A stretch of DNA of 64,000 bases, taken from positions 2,598 through 66,597 of the forward strand of contig JBGSIC010000029.1 in assembly GCA_041751875.1 (NCBI GenBank). The letters run 5' to 3'. Both the position numbers and the translations under genes were made by a program. Each line of letters begins with the position of its first letter. Positions within the stretch are counted from its first letter, which is position 1. The notes beneath the pieces were generated by a model, which saw nothing but the letters and a program-made list of their open reading frames with translations, did no database searches and had not been told where the DNA came from. The DNA comes from Bdellovibrionota bacterium. Lineage in GTDB: Bacteria > Bdellovibrionota > FAC87 > UBA2466 > JACKAF01. Below, in pieces: positions 20,384 through 29,198 of this stretch.

Positions 20384-20450
20384 GTCATTGCGAGGCTTCG
20401 GAGAAGCCGAAGCAATCTCATTGGGATTGCTTCGCTCCGCTCGCAATGAC
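20384..20450. terminator. Nested palindromic structure between convergent genes (probable bidirectional terminator or REP-like element)
   Basis: The outer stem is gtcattgcgag...ctcgcaatgac. Two inner hairpins are gcttcggagaagccgaagc and gaagcaatc..gattgcttc. Confidence 0.4.
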
Positions 20451-20455
20451 TGGCG

Positions 20456-21388
20456 TCAATTTTCTTCGTTAAAAGGAACTTCTTTAAGTCTTACCTGCGC
20501 CGGAGGCGGAGTGAAATCGCTGGTTATCAGAACATTTAAACCAAACTGAAAATAGCTCGGTGCCCGGCGTCCCCAGAGCGAGCGTTCCAGTTTTGCTTCG
20601 ATACCGATTGTTTGAGAAGCTTTCACACCTAGTTTCAACCCGGCCGCTACCAAGCTGGGACTGCCGGAAAAACGTGAGTAAGAACCCGCGGAACCTTTTG
20701 CGGTGTGGGTATTAAGCGACGAGCCCAATAAAAAAGTTTCCGATAGCGAGAAGCTTGTATCCAAAAACACCGCGCCGTAAACTTCGTTGTAGCGCCCCCC
20801 TGCGGCCAAGGAGAAAAGGAATGCCGAGGAATAGCCCCCAAACCGGAGGTTAAGGCCGAGTGCCCCAGTGACAAACATGCGGTTAAAACGGTAACCCGCG
20901 TGCGTTTTCAACAGCACGTCAGCGTTGCCGTCGCCCGGACTGAGTTCGTCTACCGCACGCCCTCTCATATGATAAGTCGGAATCTTGATGCGCGTTTCAA
21001 TCGTGACGGGGAACTGGTCGGTGTTAAGCCGCCATTTCAGTCCCGCAGCCAGATCACCGATGCTTGTGCTTCCAAAACCACTTCCCACACTGATAGGGGT
21101 TGCAGAAGCCGAAACAAATTCCACGCGTAGCATTCCTGCGAGATCGGGCGCAAAGGTATATTCGGGTTCTATCCAAAAGCGATGATCACTCAGAGAGATG
21201 TCATAGTTTCCCGGATAAACCGTGATGGGTTCCAAAACACTGTCACTCGCGTAGTTTTCAGTGGAGTGAAAATAAGTCCAGCCACCACGAAAGAACAACG
21301 ACTCTTCTTTTGGAATCCAGGCAAAATCAGCAAAAAGGGGCGTGGTGAGCAGGAATAAGAGCCCAATGATGCGGTAACAAGTCGTCAA
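20456..21388 (-). CDS. Secreted/outer-membrane hypothetical protein
   Basis: Signal peptide (LLFLLTTPLFA) and a beta-rich composition. Confidence 0.45.
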   Translation of the reverse strand: MTTCYRIIGLLFLLTTPLFADFAWIPKEESLFFRGGWTYFHSTENYASDSVLEPITVYPGNYDISLSDHRFWIEPEYTFAPDLAGMLRVEFVSASATPISVGSGFGSTSIGDLAAGLKWRLNTDQFPVTIETRIKIPTYHMRGRAVDELSPGDGNADVLLKTHAGYRFNRMFVTGALGLNLRFGGYSSAFLFSLAAGGRYNEVYGAVFLDTSFSLSETFLLGSSLNTHTAKGSAGSYSRFSGSPSLVAAGLKLGVKASQTIGIEAKLERSLWGRRAPSYFQFGLNVLITSDFTPPPAQVRLKEVPFNEEN

Positions 21389-21413
21389 ATCGATGCAGCC
21401 TCAACGTAAAAAA

Positions 21414-22796
21414 TTAATTTAGAGTAACAGGCTTTCCCACCAAATCGTAGTCCAACGCCTTTTCTATTTGCACCGGAATGATTTGGCCCTGCTTGAAGTC
21501 GCCGCTGTGCAAAAGCACACAACCATCGACCTCGGGAGCCTGTCCGTTATGACGCCCTTGCCAGAGGAAGGGGGTGTCTTCGGAGGGGCCTTCGACAAGC
21601 ACTTGAAGGACTTCGCCTACATGATCGCCTATTACTTTATGGGAAATTTTCTGCTGCAGTTCCAAAATTTCGTTGCGACGGGCTTCCTTCACTTCTTCGG
21701 GAAGGTGTCCGTCGAGCAGGTAAGAAGCCGTATTTTCCTCAAGTGAGTAAGCAAAAACACCTAAATGTTCAAAGCGCGCTTCTTTTACAAACTCTCGCAA
21801 CTCTTCAAACTCTTCCTGCGTCTCTCCTGGGTAGCCGACCAAAACCGTGCTGCGAAGACTCACGTGAGGCACCTTTTCCCGCAACCGCGCAATGCGCTCG
21901 CGAATTTGCGCGCCCGTGACTTTTTTTCGATTCATTCGCTGCAACATGCGGTCGTTGATGTGCTGAACGGGCATATCAAGATACTTACAAATCTTGGGTT
22001 CTGAGGCGATGAGTTCCAAAAGGCGATCGGAAAGTTCATCGGGATAGACGTAAAATAGGCGAATCCACTGCAGGCCCTCTATTTTGGCCAGTGCTTGGAG
22101 CAGATCGTAAAGACCATCGGTGTAGCGCAAATCAATCCCATAATCGGTCAGATCCTGACCAATTAAATTAAGCTCGACGGTTCCCGCTGCGACAAGCCGC
22201 TCGGCTTCTTCCACAAGCGATTCAATGGAACGGCTGCGTAATGTACCGCGAATTTTGGGAATGATGCAGAACGCGCAGTTCTTGATGCAGCCCTCTGAAA
22301 TTTTTAAGTACGCCCGATAAAACGGCTGGGAATTGATGCGCGGTGTGTGTTCCGAATGGATGTAGCGCGGATTTTCAAAATCAAAGTTTTCTTCTCGTTT
22401 GCCTGCGATAAATTCTAAAATGTTTCCGTATTGTCCTGTGCCTACAAACGCATCGACTTCCGGAAGGCACACTTTGAGGTCAGCTTTATACCGTTGTGGT
22501 AAACAGCCCGTTACAATCAGCCGCCGGCAGCTCCCTTTTTCTTTAAATTGAGAGAGCTCTAAAATGGTGTCAATCGACTCTTGTTTGGCGTCGTTAATAA
22601 AGCTGCAGGTATTAACGACAATCACCGAGGCAGCTTCTGGCTCCTGAACTACCGTGAAATTATCCTTCTTAGTGATACCCAGCATGACTTCGGTATCCAC
22701 AAGATTTTTCACGCAACCCAAGCTTTGAAAAAAGATCGTGCGCGGAATGCTTGTTTTGGCAAGCACGTCGTCGGAATGTGTGACAACGTTACTCAC
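21414..22796 (-). CDS. rimO: Radical-SAM methylthiotransferase of the MiaB/RimO family (RimO-like)
   Basis: N-terminal MTTase domain, radical-SAM CxxxCxxC region (CIKNCAFC) and a C-terminal TRAM domain. The N-terminal [11 protein letters not shown] resembles RimO more than MiaB. Confidence 0.7.
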   Translation of the reverse strand: MSNVVTHSDDVLAKTSIPRTIFFQSLGCVKNLVDTEVMLGITKKDNFTVVQEPEAASVIVVNTCSFINDAKQESIDTILELSQFKEKGSCRRLIVTGCLPQRYKADLKVCLPEVDAFVGTGQYGNILEFIAGKREENFDFENPRYIHSEHTPRINSQPFYRAYLKISEGCIKNCAFCIIPKIRGTLRSRSIESLVEEAERLVAAGTVELNLIGQDLTDYGIDLRYTDGLYDLLQALAKIEGLQWIRLFYVYPDELSDRLLELIASEPKICKYLDMPVQHINDRMLQRMNRKKVTGAQIRERIARLREKVPHVSLRSTVLVGYPGETQEEFEELREFVKEARFEHLGVFAYSLEENTASYLLDGHLPEEVKEARRNEILELQQKISHKVIGDHVGEVLQVLVEGPSEDTPFLWQGRHNGQAPEVDGCVLLHSGDFKQGQIIPVQIEKALDYDLVGKPVTLN

Positions 22797-23277
22797 GAAA
22801 ATTGGTGAACTGGAAATCTAGACCGAGGTCCGTTTTTTTGACGATGCTCATGGCTTCTTGCAGGTCGTCACGTTTTTTACCAGAAACACGCACCTGTGAA
22901 TCTTGAATTTGAGGCTGCACTTTTATCTTCGAGTCCTTAATAGCCTTAATAAGGCTTTTAGCTTTATCGTCAGGAATACCCTGCTGGACGGTAATTTTCT
23001 GACGAGCCATTCCGCCCATGGCGGTTTCAACGGTTCCGTAAACTAAATTTTTGATGGAGATGCCGCGTTTAATCATCTTGCTTTGCAAGATGTCCACAAC
23101 GGTGGAGAGCTTGAACTCATCATCAGCGGTCACAACGACTTCGCCTTTTTTATCCCAATCCAGCTTGCTCTTGCTGCCACGAAAATCATAGCGCTGGGCG
23201 ATTTCTTTCTGGGTTTGGTTGATAGCGTTGTCCGCTTCTTGCAAATCTAATTCAATAACGATGTCGAAAGACGGCAT
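22789..23277 (-). CDS. yajQ: YajQ-family (UPF0234) nucleotide-binding protein
   Basis: [35 protein letters not shown] is the diagnostic YajQ N-terminus. Confidence 0.8.
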   Translation of the reverse strand: MPSFDIVIELDLQEADNAINQTQKEIAQRYDFRGSKSKLDWDKKGEVVVTADDEFKLSTVVDILQSKMIKRGISIKNLVYGTVETAMGGMARQKITVQQGIPDDKAKSLIKAIKDSKIKVQPQIQDSQVRVSGKKRDDLQEAMSIVKKTDLGLDFQFTNFRE

Positions 23278-23289
23278 TCGATTCCTCTT

Positions 23290-23946
23290 TTATTTGTGGC
23301 GGTTGACGATGTCATCCGCCGCCGGCTGATAGCTGAAAAGCCCTTCATCGATGCTGGCATTGGTCTGGGGGTCCTTGAACTCCATGCGTGTCAGCGTGCT
23401 CTCGTCTTCGTAGCTTAGGGCGAGCAGAAGATAGCCTTTCTTACTTATTTCCGCAATATAGCTAGGCTGGTCGGCCTTCTTCGCTTTGAGGTCTACAACG
23501 ACCTGGGTGTCGTTTTGGCTAATAAATTTCGGGGTGTATTGCTGGGCAAGGTCCACGGTTCCCGCCAGGAGATCCAAGAACTTGGGGTCGGCTTGCTTAG
23601 AAAAATCGGGGTAAATATCCACGACCGTTTTACCTCGTTGGGCTTTGGGTTGGACCAAGGTTAGCTCCTTACCCTTTAGGATCTGGATGCTGCCGTCGGT
23701 TTTAGATTCCCACCGGAAGCGGTCCGGTTTGACTACCGTAATGGTTCCTTCAGAAACATCGGAGGTTCCCATAAACTTGGATTTAACGCTCTGCGAGAAG
23801 GGGGACTTAAAGGTCTTGGCGGCTTTCCAGGCTGCTTGGGTTTCCTTCAAAAGCTTGGGCATGTCGGGCGTGGGCGGCGTGGCGGCGAGAAGATTAAACG
23901 CCCCAATCATGAGAAAAAGGGCCCAAACTTTGGTTATGTGACACAT
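23290..23946 (-). CDS. LolA-like outer-membrane lipoprotein carrier protein
   Basis: Signal peptide, about 200 aa, LolA-like beta-rich pattern (TITVVKPDRFRWE). Confidence 0.5.
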   Translation of the reverse strand: MCHITKVWALFLMIGAFNLLAATPPTPDMPKLLKETQAAWKAAKTFKSPFSQSVKSKFMGTSDVSEGTITVVKPDRFRWESKTDGSIQILKGKELTLVQPKAQRGKTVVDIYPDFSKQADPKFLDLLAGTVDLAQQYTPKFISQNDTQVVVDLKAKKADQPSYIAEISKKGYLLLALSYEDESTLTRMEFKDPQTNASIDEGLFSYQPAADDIVNRHK

Positions 23947-24163
23947 AGCTCCACTTTATCCGAAAGGGCCTAAAACGCAAAGATGTGGCCTATTGGGAGC
24001 GGTTTGCCTTTTTAACAAGTGCTAAAAGATTCCCCCTTTTTTCCCCCGAGTTTTGTCAAAGATTGGTATCCTAGTATAGGTAAGCATCTAAGAAGCGCCC
24101 TTATCTTCGGGCCTACTCTCAAACGACCAATCCCTACAATTTGCCCTTCAATTCCAAGGAGCT

Positions 24164-25765
24164 GTGCCGATGCGCACCCGCACCATCCAGTTGATCTCTC
24201 TTTTTGCCTTCTTCTTTTTAACTTCACCGGTCCTGGCTTCTCGGCTGATCAACGGAACGGTGGTCACCGAAGGATATGACCACGTGGTTTGGATCGTCTC
24301 CGGCGGGGCCGGTTGTACGGCGACGGTCGTAGGTCCGCGCACGATTCTTACCGCGGGCCATTGTGCCTCCACCGGGCAAACAGCAAAATTCAAAATTGGG
24401 GGGACCGAATACAGCGCGAAAATTACGCGACACCCTGACTACAACGATTCGAACGTGGAAAACGATTTGGCTCTTGGTCTTACCAATGTGGATATCGTGG
24501 TGAAGGAACGCTCCACCATCAGCAAGACTGCCCCCAAAGTGGGCGATGCTATTACGCTTTTAGGTTACGGGTGCACGAAACCCAACGGACAGGTCGACGG
24601 CAAATTGCGCAAGGGTGATTCTGTGATCACCAAGTTTCAAGGTAAAGACATGGGCTCTCACAAAGAGAGTGGAGCCACTCTCTGCCCCGGGGATTCCGGT
24701 GGACCCGCGTATATCTCTGTCGGCGGCAAAGATTACCTTGCAGGTGTCAATTCCACTGTGACCGTGGACTACCACACGAGCTACGATGAGCGCACGGACG
24801 TGCCGACTGCTCAGCAGTTTTTCTCGAACTACGCCCAAAGTAATGGTGTGAAAATCTGCGGTGTAAACGAAGATTGCCAGGGCACAACACCCACAGCACC
24901 CACCTGCCAACTCGCCGCCAGTCCCAGCACGATTAATAAAGGACAAAGTATTACGTTTACGATGAACGTCTTAGGCGAAGTGACCTCGGCCGATATCGGC
25001 GGCGTCGCTGTGACCGCCCCGAACTGGGCGATGACCACAACGCCTCCGAACGCCGGTAATTTCACCCAAACGGGCAAAGTGACCGGACCGGGGGGCAGCA
25101 ACACCTGTACGGCTGCCTATGAAGTAAAGGGGGATCCCACGCCTACCAATCCGACTTGTGAAATTGCGGCCAACCCGTCTCAGATCAAGATTGGAAACAG
25201 CACGCTTCTTACGCTCAAAGCGAAAGGCAATGTCACCCAAGCCGCCATTAACGGCATGAACGTTTCCTTTCCGGAAGGTTCCCTCTCCGTTCAGGGCACA
25301 ATAAAGGGACAGCAGCAGGCCACGGGTTTTGTCGCGGGTCCTGGTGGCGTGGGCACCTGCCAAACCACTTTTAACGTCGATGACGGCACGCAACCGGTCA
25401 TTCCGCCTTATGCGGTGGTGCCGAGTTACTGTGGTCCGAATACGGCACCTAATTCTTCGGTCATGAAAGCGTGTTTGGGGGTGATTAAGCGCGACGGCAC
25501 CCAAGGTTTGCGCGAAGCCGTAAAAGTCACCTACGCTGACGGCTCCGAAGAAGTGTTGCCTCTGGTCGCGAAGACGAGAAACAACTCCGCTGTCATCGAA
25601 GATGCGCTTACCCTGTACGCGAATTCCAGCTACCAAAAAGATCAGTATTGGGTACTTAACAGCCGCGTAGGACGCGTGACCTACAATGCAAACAATACTC
25701 CGGTCACCCTCGAAGGAACCACTGCGGGTGGCGAGCTCTTCTCCGTTTCGCAGTTACAACCATAG
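24164..25765 (+). CDS. Secreted trypsin-like (S1) serine protease with repeated C-terminal Thr/Pro-rich domains
   Basis: Signal peptide, His-site LTAGHC, Ser-site GDSGGP. Two similar about 90-aa C-terminal modules begin with PT..C..AA.PS.I..G. Confidence 0.8.
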   Translation: MPMRTRTIQLISLFAFFFLTSPVLASRLINGTVVTEGYDHVVWIVSGGAGCTATVVGPRTILTAGHCASTGQTAKFKIGGTEYSAKITRHPDYNDSNVENDLALGLTNVDIVVKERSTISKTAPKVGDAITLLGYGCTKPNGQVDGKLRKGDSVITKFQGKDMGSHKESGATLCPGDSGGPAYISVGGKDYLAGVNSTVTVDYHTSYDERTDVPTAQQFFSNYAQSNGVKICGVNEDCQGTTPTAPTCQLAASPSTINKGQSITFTMNVLGEVTSADIGGVAVTAPNWAMTTTPPNAGNFTQTGKVTGPGGSNTCTAAYEVKGDPTPTNPTCEIAANPSQIKIGNSTLLTLKAKGNVTQAAINGMNVSFPEGSLSVQGTIKGQQQATGFVAGPGGVGTCQTTFNVDDGTQPVIPPYAVVPSYCGPNTAPNSSVMKACLGVIKRDGTQGLREAVKVTYADGSEEVLPLVAKTRNNSAVIEDALTLYANSSYQKDQYWVLNSRVGRVTYNANNTPVTLEGTTAGGELFSVSQLQP

Positions 25766-26005
25766 AAATCCCTCAAGCAGGAGAAAAAACTTCCAGCGCC
25801 CAACCTTCAAAGGGGGCCACATCCCTGGCGCCCCTGCCCATTTGGAAAGCATTGGGTCCGCGCTCATGCGCTAACCGTTCCGGAAAGTGCCAAAGGACCT
25901 GAGAGAACGACAATCCGCAGTGGCCACTGCCGCACCAATCCTAGCCGGCATGAAATTTTCGTAGCGGATGAGTTTGATGAAATTGCGCTGCAGCATTTCA
26001 AAACC

Positions 26006-26527
26006 TTGAGCGGAGATTCTAAAGTGCTGCCGACGCCCTACAATCTCGGTTTTTCAAACGGGAATGAGTTTGATTTGCCCATCGCGGGATGGACAAAATT
26101 CTGGAACGACATCTTCCAGCCCAAGATTTCTTTGGATCCCAACCTTGTAAAAGCCCTTGTGGCGTCAGAGTCTGGATTTCGCACCAAAGTACAGCTCCCA
26201 AGCAAAGCGGGGCCGGCGCGCGGCCTTATCCAGGTTACGGAACAGGCACGCAAGATTCTTGGAAACTCCGAGGGCGAGCTTCGCGACTTTTTGATCACTA
26301 TCACTAAAGAGCAGGTCAATGAGCCAAATACAAATATTGCATCGGGGATCCGTTGGCTATTTCATAAAAAGGAGCTCGCGAAACATCGATTGAAGCGGGA
26401 GGCGACATGGGAAGAAGCCATTGCCGAGTATAAGGGTATCTTGAATCAGCTCGGAAAAATAGAGAAGGCAGATAGCATCATGGAAAAGCTCCAAGATTAT
26501 TACACACGCTTGAGAGAAAAAAGATGA
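26006..26527 (+). CDS. SLT-domain lytic transglycosylase-like protein
   Basis: Catalytic-Glu motif LVASESGF followed by GLIQV (the SLT ES..GLMQ signature). Confidence 0.55.
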   Translation: MSGDSKVLPTPYNLGFSNGNEFDLPIAGWTKFWNDIFQPKISLDPNLVKALVASESGFRTKVQLPSKAGPARGLIQVTEQARKILGNSEGELRDFLITITKEQVNEPNTNIASGIRWLFHKKELAKHRLKREATWEEAIAEYKGILNQLGKIEKADSIMEKLQDYYTRLREKR

Positions 26528-27003
26528 AGTTGCTTTTACTTCTTTTACTTTTGGTTTCAGCGTTTGCTTCGGGCAACGTTAAGGTACACAAGCAGACAAA
26601 ACAATTCATTGATATTGAGGTTCCAGTAGGAGACGTTTTTATTCATTGTACGAATGTTAATCCGGAGGAGAAAAACTTCCTTTTGACAGTTTACCTTTTA
26701 GATGGCCGAAGTTTACACGAGTTTGACTATCGGACGGTACGGAGTGAGGTGGAATGCCAAGAAGAAAAAGCCACCTATCACGGACTTTTAAAGGAAAGCC
26801 GAACCGCGCGGCTCGTTGGTATCTCACCCCTGCCTCGTAAAATGAGCCCAGCTCCCAAGGGTGCACCAGTGAAATTTCGTGCTGTATCCTCACGAATCAT
26901 TTGGACCTTTATACGGCTTCAGACGCCAAGAGCATGTAAGCCCTACTTCACAATCGATTGTACCCTTCCGGAAAACTATTGGGGTGGAGTCATTCCAGAG
27001 TAG
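26524..27003 (+). CDS. Small secreted Cys-containing hypothetical protein
   Basis: Signal peptide MKLLLLLLLLVSAFASG. There is an ATGA start/stop overlap with the upstream SLT gene. Confidence 0.45.
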   Translation: MKLLLLLLLLVSAFASGNVKVHKQTKQFIDIEVPVGDVFIHCTNVNPEEKNFLLTVYLLDGRSLHEFDYRTVRSEVECQEEKATYHGLLKESRTARLVGISPLPRKMSPAPKGAPVKFRAVSSRIIWTFIRLQTPRACKPYFTIDCTLPENYWGGVIPE

Positions 27004-27146
27004 CTCTATGAAGAAGGTTTCGATGCCTCTCCATTGCGGGGTTAGAGTCCTAACTCTCCCGCAAGTTTTTCTTTTAAATGTAATGCCTTACCTATACCTG
27101 ACAATTAAATGTATATTAGCCTGACAATGACTGTTACAATGTCTCA

Positions 27147-28178
27147 ATGAGTACCCGAGATAAAATCTTGGTCGAAGCGAGGCGAAAGAGGGAAATCCGC
27201 ACGCGTGAGCTTGTCGAAAAGCTGGGGATCTCGCGTCAGAGCGTTGCTGCACAACTAAAATCTCTAGTAGATTCGGGTGTGCTCTCACGGAGTGGTTCTA
27301 CCCGAAGCGCCTGCTACCGCCTTGCGAGTCAAGCCCGAAAAAAAACGGTCGTTGAGTTATCTCTTATAAAGAAAACCAAAGGGCTTGAAGAGGACCGAGT
27401 TTTTCTCGAGGCGGATCGCAAGCTCGGCCTATCGAGAGAGTTGAACAGGAACGCCTTTTCGATTCTTTCTTATGCATTCACCGAAATGTTGAACAACGCC
27501 ATCGATCATTCGGGCAGCGAAACTGCGTCCGCACGTTTTTGGATGGAAAAGGGAAATATTCAGTTTGAGGTGCGTGATTTCGGGATTGGAATCTTTCGCA
27601 AGGTTTCAAGAGACTTTAGGCTAGAGAACGAATTTGAGGGCATGGAGCATGTTCTAAAGGGTAAACAGACGTCGCAGCCTTCGGCTCACTCGGGCGAGGG
27701 AATTTTCTTCACGTCTCGCATTGCGGATGTATTTACTTTGCGCAGTCACCATTTGCAGGTCAGAATCGACAATAGAGTAAGTGATACTTTTGTCTCAGAA
27801 CCCAAAAAGATTGTGGGTACCAGTGTACAATTCTCGATTTCTATAAACACGAAGAAGCATTTGAGCAAACTCTTTGCGAAACATACCAACGCAGATTTCA
27901 TGTTTGATCGAGCAGATCAACGGCTGAAGGTTGCGGCTTTCGGAGGTGCCTTATCTCGGTCACAAGCCAAGCGACTTCTGCAAGGTCTAGAGTCTTTCGA
28001 CCGCCTGACGTTCGATTTCAAAGGGGTCACCGAAATCGGCCAAGGCTTTGCCGACGAGGTTTTCCGTATTTACTCGCAAGCGAACCCAAAGAAACAACTG
28101 GACTACACGAACGCCAGTCCTGCAATTGAGCTGATGATCCAGCGAGCAAGGAAATCCGCAAAAAAAGTAAGTTTATGA
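27147..28178 (+). CDS. Single-polypeptide regulator: winged-HTH + GHKL (RsbW-like) ATPase/kinase + C-terminal STAS-like (DUF4325-type) domain
   Basis: HTH region RELVEKLGISRQSVAAQLKSL. GHKL N-box EMLNNAIDHS and G-box RDFGIGIF. The C-terminal module DFKGVTEIGQGFADEVFRIY is STAS-like. Confidence 0.55.
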   Translation: MSTRDKILVEARRKREIRTRELVEKLGISRQSVAAQLKSLVDSGVLSRSGSTRSACYRLASQARKKTVVELSLIKKTKGLEEDRVFLEADRKLGLSRELNRNAFSILSYAFTEMLNNAIDHSGSETASARFWMEKGNIQFEVRDFGIGIFRKVSRDFRLENEFEGMEHVLKGKQTSQPSAHSGEGIFFTSRIADVFTLRSHHLQVRIDNRVSDTFVSEPKKIVGTSVQFSISINTKKHLSKLFAKHTNADFMFDRADQRLKVAAFGGALSRSQAKRLLQGLESFDRLTFDFKGVTEIGQGFADEVFRIYSQANPKKQLDYTNASPAIELMIQRARKSAKKVSL

Positions 28179-28355
28179 CGAGAGAGTATAGGTTTGGGAA
28201 GATTATCTACTTTGTTTCATAGCAACTTCGCGAGAGCAGTTGAACGCCGCCATTCCCGCTCGGCTTTAAGCCAGATTTCTGAAACCATTCAAAGCAGGAG
28301 TCATTTCCAAAAGAGCAGGAGCAAACGGCGAGGACAAAGGAAATGAATAACTTTC

Positions 28356-29144
28356 TCATCCTGGTTTAGGGCTGACGGTTATAAAGACCAACTCGGGGCG
28401 CGAAAGAAATCTAATGGGCAGGATAGAAGTTCCTAATCCCCGGCTTACGTACATTTTTGTTGCGTCCGATTCATACCAGCCGGAAACGTAATCTCCGCTC
28501 CCACGAGGCAGCCAAAGCGGCCCTATCCCCGGCAATAATACCTGCCCTCCGTGCGTGTGGCCCGAGAGTGCTAACGGACAGACATCCTTTACGGAATCAA
28601 AAAACTCCGGCGAATGAAAAAGCGATATACAAAAATTATCATTGTTGTGTTCGGAAGCAATCGCCCGTGAAGGCTGGCCCGCATTACTATCGTCGAAGCC
28701 GTAAAGGGTAAGATCCTTTCTAGGAGTGGCCGTTTCGTTTAATAAAAGGTGAATACCTAGTTTTTCGAATTGTGAGGGGGCAACCATGTTCTGCCAGTGC
28801 TCCCAATTTCCTAAAGCCGAATAAATTCCTAGCGGAGCACTTAAGTCCTTGAAAAACTCTGCGGCAGCATCCGCACTTTTTTCACTATCCAGTGTGTCAC
28901 CGGTAATCAGAATGATGTCTGGTGCTTCCGCTTTTAGGGCAGCGATCACTTTTCGTTCAAGAAAACCAACTTTGCGGAGATGAAGGTCGCTTAGATGAGC
29001 AATTTTTAGAGGGGCATCGACGGGTCCCAAAACTTCCAGCGAGGTAATAGAAAGCAGGTGGGGTTCGAGAAGGGAATAGGAAAGAAGAATGACCGAGGAC
29101 AATGCTACGCCAAGAAGGATGCGACGAATACCCATTGAGCCCAA
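28356..29144 (-). CDS. Calcineurin-like metallophosphoesterase (membrane-anchored)
   Basis: Motifs DLH, GDTLD, GNWEHW and GHTHGG. Confidence 0.75.
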   Translation of the reverse strand: MGSMGIRRILLGVALSSVILLSYSLLEPHLLSITSLEVLGPVDAPLKIAHLSDLHLRKVGFLERKVIAALKAEAPDIILITGDTLDSEKSADAAAEFFKDLSAPLGIYSALGNWEHWQNMVAPSQFEKLGIHLLLNETATPRKDLTLYGFDDSNAGQPSRAIASEHNNDNFCISLFHSPEFFDSVKDVCPLALSGHTHGGQVLLPGIGPLWLPRGSGDYVSGWYESDATKMYVSRGLGTSILPIRFLSRPELVFITVSPKPG

Positions 29145-29198
29145 TTATAGTCCCAATCGGGCCCGGGGGCGCAATCCCTAATGTTCTAGACCGTAGGT

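Noticed and set aside
18471-20446. Several long reverse-strand and alternate-frame ORFs (e.g. 19498-20328, 276 aa; 19790-20119; 20120-20446)
   Set aside because: They lie entirely inside the low-complexity Pro/Gly-rich gene 18309-20378. Their translations are Arg/Pro/Leu-rich nonsense typical of shadow ORFs in compositionally biased DNA.
24971-25636. 221-aa minus-strand ORF
   Set aside because: It is antisense to the S1 protease gene. Its translation is Arg-rich with no motifs.
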